From an uncultured Rikenellaceae bacterium (GTDB lineage: Bacteria; Bacteroidota; Bacteroidia; Bacteroidales; VadinHA17), in the NCBI GenBank assembly GCA_964633195.1, contig CAZWFL010000010.1:21732-85731 (forward strand): a stretch of 64,000 nucleotides of DNA, given 5' to 3'. The notes beneath the pieces are model-generated. The model saw nothing but the letters and a program-made list of their open reading frames with translations. It searched no databases and was not told the DNA's origin. This document shows, one piece after another, positions 57,431-64,000 of this stretch. Position 1 is the first letter of the stretch, and each line of letters opens with the position of its first letter. Position numbers and translations under genes: made by a program.

Positions 57431-57574
57431 ACTTTGTTATTAATGAAATATACAGAGCAGAGATTGGCCCAAAGTTCTAAGCTCATCAAATCAGCGAAGG
57501 GATGTAACTAAATTGAATATAACTAAGGAAATATGTTAAATAAAAATTCATATGAAATGAAGAAAATGTTAAAA

Positions 57575-58900
57575 ATGAGAAGATTATTATTAATGTTATC
57601 GGGTCTGCTTTTAATATTAATTAGCAACCCACTGGTTGCCCAGGGTCAGGAAACAAAACCCCGGGTTATTGTAATGACAGATGGAGAAGTTGATGATCGC
57701 AGTTCGATGGTTCGGTTTTTACTTTACACGAATGATATTGAACTTCTTGCGATCATTCAAACAAGTTCAGTATACCAGCGCCAGGGGTGGAGCAAGGATA
57801 AATGGATAGAAGCCCAGATTGATGCTTACGAAAAGGTACACCCAAATTTAATAATTCACGACCCTTCCTATCCTACTGCGGATTATTTACGGAGTGTATT
57901 ATATGTCGGGGATGAAGCTGAGGAACATCTGGTTGTGGATCGTGCATCGAACAGGCGGTTTCCGGGGATGGACCCGGTAATTGATCCGGCAGGCTGGCCA
58001 GACACACCAGGGTCAGACAAGATCGTGGAGATTTTGTTGCAAGATGATCCCAGGCTAGTTTATATTCAGGCATGGGGAGGGGGTAATACGGCTGCGAGAG
58101 CATTTCATAAGTTGAAGACCCAATATCCGGCTGATTATGACAGAGCTGTATCGAAAGCCGTCATGTATCACATCTGGTATCAGGATGGGGCAGGAAATTA
58201 TATTGAAAGATACCATCCAAAAGTGACAATGGTGCTCAGTTACTTTTTTTCTGGAACATGGGATTACGGTAGTCAGAGATATACATTTCAGTTTGTTGAA
58301 GATTATGTAAAGAATAATCACGGGCCCCTTGGAGCTCTTTATCCACAGGATTACATAAGTGAGGGAGATTCACCGGCGTATCTGTATTCGATAGCCAATG
58401 GACTCAGGAGTCATGAGAATCCGACGTATGGAGGATGGGGAGGTCGTTTTTACAATGTCTATGGAAACGTATACAGGGATGTTTCGAAAGGGTCTTATCT
58501 TAAGTGGGTTGAATTTGCGAACAGGGATTTTGAGGCAAGGATGAAGTGGTGTGTTGCTGATAAGTATGAAGATGCTAATCACAGACCGGTAATAAAAGTG
58601 AAGGGAGAACTGGATCGAACGGTAAAATCAGGTGAGAAAATTGTATTGGAGGCCGAAGCTATTAATCCGGATGGTGTAGGATTCCGTGAAATACTTTGGT
58701 GGCAGTACAAGGAGGCAGGAACATATAATGGAATGGTTGAGACAACTGATCCCAGAAACAATGCTATTAGTTTTGTCGCTCCCCATGTTACGACTCCACA
58801 AACTATTCATATGATTTTTGAGGCCACTTCCCTCGGAGTACCACGTTCGTTTCTTACTGGATTTACGAGGGTTATTATAACTGTGGTTCCGGCATTTTAA
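57575..58900 (+). CDS. DUF1593 protein, secreted; paralogue C (near-twin of A)
   Basis: The track start is 57533. ATG 57575 (MRRLLLMLSG...) aligns with the start of paralogue A. The central 578 bp are identical to A; the C-terminal Ig-like domain is diverged. Confidence 0.8.
   Translation: MRRLLLMLSGLLLILISNPLVAQGQETKPRVIVMTDGEVDDRSSMVRFLLYTNDIELLAIIQTSSVYQRQGWSKDKWIEAQIDAYEKVHPNLIIHDPSYPTADYLRSVLYVGDEAEEHLVVDRASNRRFPGMDPVIDPAGWPDTPGSDKIVEILLQDDPRLVYIQAWGGGNTAARAFHKLKTQYPADYDRAVSKAVMYHIWYQDGAGNYIERYHPKVTMVLSYFFSGTWDYGSQRYTFQFVEDYVKNNHGPLGALYPQDYISEGDSPAYLYSIANGLRSHENPTYGGWGGRFYNVYGNVYRDVSKGSYLKWVEFANRDFEARMKWCVADKYEDANHRPVIKVKGELDRTVKSGEKIVLEAEAINPDGVGFREILWWQYKEAGTYNGMVETTDPRNNAISFVAPHVTTPQTIHMIFEATSLGVPRSFLTGFTRVIITVVPAF
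57962..58539. repeat. 578-bp tract 100% identical to 44252-44829
   Basis: See 44252-44829. The identical antisense shadow ORFs in the track (44345..44611 = 58055..58321) confirm it independently. Confidence 0.95.
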
Positions 58901-59023
58901 ACTACTCAATTAAGGCTTTTTTTGACCCTTATTGTAGTTTTAAATGCTTTTCGACCGTTTTTGACAACCAGATCATTAGGTCAATTATATAAGATTGTTC
59001 CGTTTTATTATATAATAATAATT

Positions 59024-59938
59024 ATGGAGTTAATAAATAAAAGAATGGTTCATGCCATCTATATAGTAATCTTTCAGTTGCTTTTACCGACCAACACATT
59101 ATGCCAAAATGCAGATGATTTTAGCAAAATTGTAATAACCAAAGAACAACGGTTTGGTTACATGACGTGGAAAATCCAAGCAGCAAATGGAATTTGGCAT
59201 TACGAAATAGAAAAATTAGAAAATGTTGAGCCCGGTACTGGCTTTAGTTCGGCCATAGATCAATCCGGAAATGATTGGATAGGCAATGATTGTGTAGGCA
59301 GAAGAGAATGGCGAGGGTGGCCTAATTTTGGATCTGATGGTTTTGGACACCCTTGCCGCGGTGGCAGTGGCAAATCCAGATGGTTGGATTCAGATGGCAA
59401 TCAGATTGAATTTGAGGAAAAATATGTCGGAGAATATCTCATTCTGGAATCGTGGAATGAAAAATTCCGACTATGGTATCATTTTTTCCCGAGTCATATT
59501 GCTATTCAAATACTTGAAGCTCACGATCTTTATTCGTTCTTATGGGAAGGCCCCATAGCCGGAGAAATGAACCTCGATCAGCAATACTATGTGCTTGAGG
59601 ACGGGAAGAAACGAAGACTTCCATATAATACCGGTTTAGGTTATTTAGAACCAGAGTTTGGACGTAATTTCCCTTCATCTTTCTTTTATTTCCTTGATGA
59701 TAATGCGGAACAAATTGTATATATAGCTGTTAAGGATCAGAGTGAAGGTGGTGATGAGGGTTGGTGTCAACCAAATAACATGGTAATATTTAGTTTTGGC
59801 CGTGAAGATGATAAACGTGCACTGTCAGGAACTGATGCCATATGTGTTTTTGGTTTTCTAAACAAGAATATTGGACATGAAGAAATAAAGAGTTTTATTA
59901 TGGATCGCCTGGATAATCCATTTCAGAAAGGAAATTAA
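59024..59938 (+). CDS. Orphan secreted protein, no recognisable family
   Basis: The track ORF starts at TTG 58922. ATG 59024 gives MELINKRMVHAIYIVIFQLLLPTNTLCQ (signal-like). About 304 aa; no motif I can assign. Confidence 0.4.
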   Translation: MELINKRMVHAIYIVIFQLLLPTNTLCQNADDFSKIVITKEQRFGYMTWKIQAANGIWHYEIEKLENVEPGTGFSSAIDQSGNDWIGNDCVGRREWRGWPNFGSDGFGHPCRGGSGKSRWLDSDGNQIEFEEKYVGEYLILESWNEKFRLWYHFFPSHIAIQILEAHDLYSFLWEGPIAGEMNLDQQYYVLEDGKKRRLPYNTGLGYLEPEFGRNFPSSFFYFLDDNAEQIVYIAVKDQSEGGDEGWCQPNNMVIFSFGREDDKRALSGTDAICVFGFLNKNIGHEEIKSFIMDRLDNPFQKGN

Positions 59939-60056
59939 TTATGAAAATAACAGTCATCCATACTTAATCCTTATTTACTTAACATGTATGGCCATTATAT
60001 TATTATTAATCAATGAATGCTTCTTTCATGACTGCAAAACTTTTAAATAAAATGAT

Positions 60057-61559
60057 ATGAAAACACTGTGGGTTCTGATATTTTTTACACTACTTGGATG
60101 CAATCAAATGATTTCAACAAAGTCAGATGATGTTAAACCGCGCACTATAGTTACAACTGACGGTGAAGTTGATGATTTCAATTCGTTTATAAGGTTTCTA
60201 TTGTATTCGAATGAATTTGATATAGATGGACTTATTTACAGCAGTTCTCAATGGCACTATTCCGGAGATGGGAAGGGTACCCTCTTTACATCTGAAATGC
60301 CCGGCACTGCAAGACGCTATGGCGAGAGAACAGATCTGCGCTGGCCAGGAACAGATTGGATGGAGGAGTTTATCGGACTTTATGCTGAGGTACATGATAA
60401 TTTGCTTCTCCATGATCCTTCTTACCCGAGTCCTGAGCTATTAAATAGCCTTATCAGAATAGGTAATATAGAATTTGAAGGAGAGATGGAGAAAATCACA
60501 GAGGGGTCAGAATTTATTAAGGAGGTTTTGCTTGATGACAAACCTGGACCGGTATATGTTCAGATCTGGGGAGGGACAAATACGTTGGCACGGGCATTAA
60601 AATCAATAGAGGAGGAGTATAAGGATACCGGACAGTGGGACGAAATTTACAGGAAAGTTTCAAAGAAAACAGTAATATATACCATTCTGGATCAGGATGC
60701 TACATATAAGAGATACATTGAACCAAATTGGCCTGAAATTATGGTAATCTATAACTCTTCCCAATTTTGGAGCTTTGCTTACTCCTGGACAAGAGCTGTG
60801 CCAAAGGAATTACAGACTTATTTAGATGGAAACTGGCATGCCAAAAATATCAAATTTGACCGTGGACCTTTACTGGCAAGGTATTATGTATGGGGCGATG
60901 GTCAGCAGATTGAAGGAGATCCGGAGCACACTCAGGGAGATCCGGAGCTAGCTGAGAATCGCGGCAGGATGCAATATGATTTTATTTCAGAGGGAGATTC
61001 ACCATCGTTTTTTTATCTGCTTGACTGGGGATTAAGAAGTCAGGAGAATCCTTCATATGGTGGTATTGGGGGTCGGTTTGTGCCATCTGAAACAAATCCT
61101 TTTCGTCTGGAAGACGGACCCGGTGCAATGGATTTTAACCCATATACCGAAGAGATGGATAGGTCTTATCCTCAGGTTAGGTGGATTCCGTTCTTGCAGA
61201 ATGATTTTGCAGCCAGGGCTGGCTGGTGTGTCAGTAGTTACGAAGAAGCGAACCATGCTCCTGTTGTCACCCTTAAACATCCGGCTGATATAACTGCAAG
61301 CCCGGGAGTTAAAGTACAATTAAATGGTTCAGCAAGAGATCCGAATGGCAGGCAGTTATCTTACTCCTGGTGGCAGTATGTTGAAGCAGGAACATATAAG
61401 AATCCAATAATTATTAATTCTGCGGATAGTAAAAAAGCCTCTTTTACTGTTCCGAATGACGCCAAATTTGGTGAAACAATACATATTATATTTGAAGTTA
61501 CAAATAGTGGAACTCCACCTCTTACAAGGTTTCAACGTGTAATCTTAAAGGTCAAATAA
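60057..61559 (+). CDS. DUF1593 protein, lipoprotein; paralogue D (TDGEVDD class)
   Basis: 500 aa. Lipobox LLGC. PRTIVTTDGEVDDFNS, IWGGTNT, EGDSPSFFY, GGIGGRF, NDFAARAGWC, EANHAPV. Confidence 0.8.
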   Translation: MKTLWVLIFFTLLGCNQMISTKSDDVKPRTIVTTDGEVDDFNSFIRFLLYSNEFDIDGLIYSSSQWHYSGDGKGTLFTSEMPGTARRYGERTDLRWPGTDWMEEFIGLYAEVHDNLLLHDPSYPSPELLNSLIRIGNIEFEGEMEKITEGSEFIKEVLLDDKPGPVYVQIWGGTNTLARALKSIEEEYKDTGQWDEIYRKVSKKTVIYTILDQDATYKRYIEPNWPEIMVIYNSSQFWSFAYSWTRAVPKELQTYLDGNWHAKNIKFDRGPLLARYYVWGDGQQIEGDPEHTQGDPELAENRGRMQYDFISEGDSPSFFYLLDWGLRSQENPSYGGIGGRFVPSETNPFRLEDGPGAMDFNPYTEEMDRSYPQVRWIPFLQNDFAARAGWCVSSYEEANHAPVVTLKHPADITASPGVKVQLNGSARDPNGRQLSYSWWQYVEAGTYKNPIIINSADSKKASFTVPNDAKFGETIHIIFEVTNSGTPPLTRFQRVILKVK

Positions 61560-61624
61560 TAATCTGTATATATAAATTAACTCCGCTAAAAGTTATTCTG
61601 TTAACCTTAAAATTTAAATAAATC

Positions 61625-62278
61625 ATGAGAACTTTTTTAATAAGTATTTTGTTGATTTTTTCAGCGATAAGGTGTTGCGGACAAGAAATGAAATTTAAAT
61701 ATCATGAAATTGGCAGATTTGGCAAATTGATGGGGCAAACTGCATTAGTCGATGTAAACAACAATGGCTATCTCGACTGGGTTTTCGGGGTCAGAGGTGA
61801 AATGTATTTTTATCAGTATGTTTCGCCATCGGAATGGATATTGAGAGAGATCGGTAAAGGGGCAAAAACAGATGTTGGTGGTTGCCCGCTCGACGTGAAT
61901 AAAGATGGCTGGATTGATTTTATTGTCGGTGATTCCTGGTACGAAAATACGGGAGATCCGCAGAACAAAACTTTTGTTTTGCACACGAAGAACATGCTTG
62001 GTACCGCCCATGATGTAATAGCAGTTGATATCGACGGAGACGGTATCAAGGATATTGTCCAGATGTCAAATCACGCTGATCATCCGGTACTTGCCTGGTA
62101 CAGAATCCCGGAGAACTACCATGCCAACTGGGACTACCTGAAGATAAGCCCGGGCATACATGGTGGTATTGCACCGAGGGGTTACGGAGATCTTGATAAT
62201 GATGGTGATATTGATATTGTTACCAAACCCTGGAGCGGAGATCTTCATTTTTTTCTCGAAAACAAAGTATTTGAGTAA
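61625..62278 (+). CDS. FG-GAP/VCBS-like repeat protein, unusually short
   Basis: 217 aa with a signal peptide. Four Ca-binding-type repeats: DVNNNGYLDW, DVNKDGWIDF, DIDGDGIKDI, DLDNDGDIDIV. Confidence 0.6.
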   Translation: MRTFLISILLIFSAIRCCGQEMKFKYHEIGRFGKLMGQTALVDVNNNGYLDWVFGVRGEMYFYQYVSPSEWILREIGKGAKTDVGGCPLDVNKDGWIDFIVGDSWYENTGDPQNKTFVLHTKNMLGTAHDVIAVDIDGDGIKDIVQMSNHADHPVLAWYRIPENYHANWDYLKISPGIHGGIAPRGYGDLDNDGDIDIVTKPWSGDLHFFLENKVFE

Positions 62279-62366
62279 GTTACTATAACATCAAGTGAGA
62301 GGTAAAGTCTTAGGATTACCTGCTCTATTGAAATTTCTGATAATCAAGATTTTAACTTTATAACTA

Positions 62367-63812
62367 ATGCCTAATAAAATAATTATGAAAACAACTTTCT
62401 TCATTTACCTGTTTTCTTTGCTGTTCATTTCCTATCCCCTTTATGCGCAATCAGTTGAAAAACAAAGAGTGATTATTCTAACAGATATTGAAGCTGACCC
62501 TGACGATACCCAGTCTCTGATACGCCTTCTTTTGTATTCAAACCAGATTGACATAAAAGGGCTGGTTGCTACTACATCTACTCATCAGAAGAACTCCGTT
62601 TTTCCGCAATCCATAATAAACATTATTGAAGGATACCGAAAAGTGCAGCCGAATCTTGCATTACATGAATCAGGTTACCCGACAGCCGATGATTTATTAA
62701 AACTGGTAAAATCAGGACCCGCAGTGTATGGCATGAACGGTGTCGGTAAGGGACAGGATACGGAAGGTTCAGACTGGATCATTAAAGTGCTTGAAGAGGA
62801 TGATGACCGGCCTTTATGGATTTCTGTATGGGGAGGGGCAAACACCTTAGCCCAATCGCTCCATAGAATAAAAGCTACAAAGAGCAATAAAGATATTGCT
62901 GGATTAATCTCAAAATTAAGGGTATATACCATCTCAGATCAGGATGACAGCGGTATCTGGATCAGGAATAATTTCCCGGATCTTTTCTATATCGTAAGCC
63001 CGGGTAATTACGGCCGGTCTACCTGGATTGCTATTAATCAAGTTGTTGCGGGTATTGATAATGAAATGATTAGCAACAAATGGCTGGCAGATAACATACA
63101 ACAAGGACATGGCCCGTTGGGAGCTTTATATCCTGATGTTATGTGGGGAATGGAAGGAGATACGCCTGCCTTTTTATCATTGATCCCCAATGGATTAAAC
63201 CAACCAGAACGCCCCGATTGGGGCGGGTGGGGTGGCCGCTATGAACTTTACCAGCCAGAGTTTATAAACGACGGTGGTACAGGTGGAGTGAAAAAAGAAC
63301 CTGAAACCCGTCCGATATGGACGGACGCAACAGATAAATATGTCCCTTATGTATACAATCCTTATCGGAGGGCCTTGAAGTTAGCTGATAGTTTGTCGTT
63401 TCATGATAACAAAGTCACCCTATGGCGATGGAGGGAAGACTTCCAGAACGATTTCGCAGCCCGAATGGATTGGTGCGTTAAATCTTACGAAGAGGCAAAC
63501 CATCCACCTGTGCCGGCATTTTTACATGAAGATGAAATAGTGATAAAATCTGGCCAGTCTTTTGCACTTGATGCAAGTGGAACTTATGACCCAGATGGCG
63601 ATCATATTAGCTACTTGTGGTTTAGCTATCCGGAAGCAGGAAGCTACAAGGAATCTATCATCTCAGGTGTAATTAATTCATATAGGTATATAATTGTAGG
63701 TCCACAAGTTAAGAAACCAGAGACGGCGCATATAATTTTAAAGGTTACAGACAGGGGAACTCCACGATTATCCAGATATATAAGGCTTATTGTAAATATT
63801 GTACCGAAATAA
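62367..63812 (+). CDS. DUF1593 protein, secreted; paralogue E (TDIEADPDD class)
   Basis: 481 aa with a signal peptide. QRVIILTDIEADPDDTQS, VWGGANT, EGDTPAFLS, GGWGGRY, NDFAARMDWC, EANHPPV, DPDGD. Confidence 0.8.
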   Translation: MPNKIIMKTTFFIYLFSLLFISYPLYAQSVEKQRVIILTDIEADPDDTQSLIRLLLYSNQIDIKGLVATTSTHQKNSVFPQSIINIIEGYRKVQPNLALHESGYPTADDLLKLVKSGPAVYGMNGVGKGQDTEGSDWIIKVLEEDDDRPLWISVWGGANTLAQSLHRIKATKSNKDIAGLISKLRVYTISDQDDSGIWIRNNFPDLFYIVSPGNYGRSTWIAINQVVAGIDNEMISNKWLADNIQQGHGPLGALYPDVMWGMEGDTPAFLSLIPNGLNQPERPDWGGWGGRYELYQPEFINDGGTGGVKKEPETRPIWTDATDKYVPYVYNPYRRALKLADSLSFHDNKVTLWRWREDFQNDFAARMDWCVKSYEEANHPPVPAFLHEDEIVIKSGQSFALDASGTYDPDGDHISYLWFSYPEAGSYKESIISGVINSYRYIIVGPQVKKPETAHIILKVTDRGTPRLSRYIRLIVNIVPK

Positions 63813-64000
63813 TAACATGACCATATACAACAACTTGTTATGTGTGGTTTAAAATTGATCATGATCGAATCAATTACTCCATTAAATTTATATTAATGCT
63901 AAATATAAAATGATTATAATCCGACCCAACAGAGAAATTAACCGCGAAGAATTATCCTATTCTGAGGGATGCACAGTTAAATTTTGGCATAAGCCTCCAG

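Noticed and set aside
35505-63812. Genomic island with mobility genes (integrase, transposase or tRNA at the GC boundary)
   Set aside because: No such genes or tRNA were found at the left junction, and the right junction is outside the window. Horizontal origin is kept only as a compositional hypothesis.
63910-64000. Possible start of a new + strand ORF (MIIIRPNREINREELSYSEGCTVKFWHKPP...) at the right edge
   Set aside because: Only about 30 codons are visible, which is too short to assign or even to be sure it is coding.

Overview
Bacteroidota-type chromosomal segment. Evidence: a SusC/SusD pair, an ECF sigma/anti-sigma pair, many lipoprotein-type signal peptides, and almost no Shine-Dalgarno sequences. 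No rRNA, tRNA, CRISPR array, transposase, integrase or recognisable defence genes were found. The window has three blocks. (i) 1-12.5 kb holds mixed-strand housekeeping, lipid and transport genes: a class-V aminotransferase fragment, a DUF4405-like protein, an SDR, a serine-palmitoyltransferase-like alpha-oxoamine synthase, a steroid-5-alpha-reductase-like protein, a pore-less MgtE_N/CBS protein next to an Nramp-related transporter, a BNR sialidase-like protein with an SSS symporter, an M20 amidohydrolase and a PlsC-type acyltransferase. (ii) 12.8-35.5 kb is a co-directional L-arabinose/arabinan block: SGLT-type symporter, araA, NUDIX-type regulator, araD, araB, GH51, two GH127, DUF6057 plus a PD40 lipoprotein, an FkbO-like protein, GH31 with a PA14 insert, a DUF559 mini-cassette and galM. 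(iii) 35.7-63.8 kb is a visibly lower-GC, 21-gene, single-strand polysaccharide utilisation locus. It runs ECF sigma, FecR anti-sigma, STN-SusC, SusD, DUF3823-like lipoprotein, then five DUF1593 (nucleoside-hydrolase-like) paralogues, two DUF5060/DUF4038 (GH140 apiosidase-like) proteins, two orphan secreted proteins and a short FG-GAP protein. Embedded in it is a cytoplasmic module of DMT sugar permease, split transketolase, FGGY kinase and a fucose-isomerase-fold protein. Block (iii) is my main candidate for a previously undescribed system: a sense/import/depolymerise/catabolise locus for a D-apiose-containing (or similar rare furanosidic) glycan, with DUF1593 as the uncharacterised hydrolase family. 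Other points worth a second look are a 578-bp perfectly identical tract shared by two DUF1593 paralogues 13.7 kb apart, an in-frame heptanucleotide repeat inside the DUF6057 gene, a family of short-period tandem repeats and C6/G6 hairpins confined to the first ~35 kb, and an NRMT-type (Mg2+-like) Nramp signature coupled to a detached MgtE sensor domain. All family calls come from reading the translated ORFs and motifs; no database search was run.
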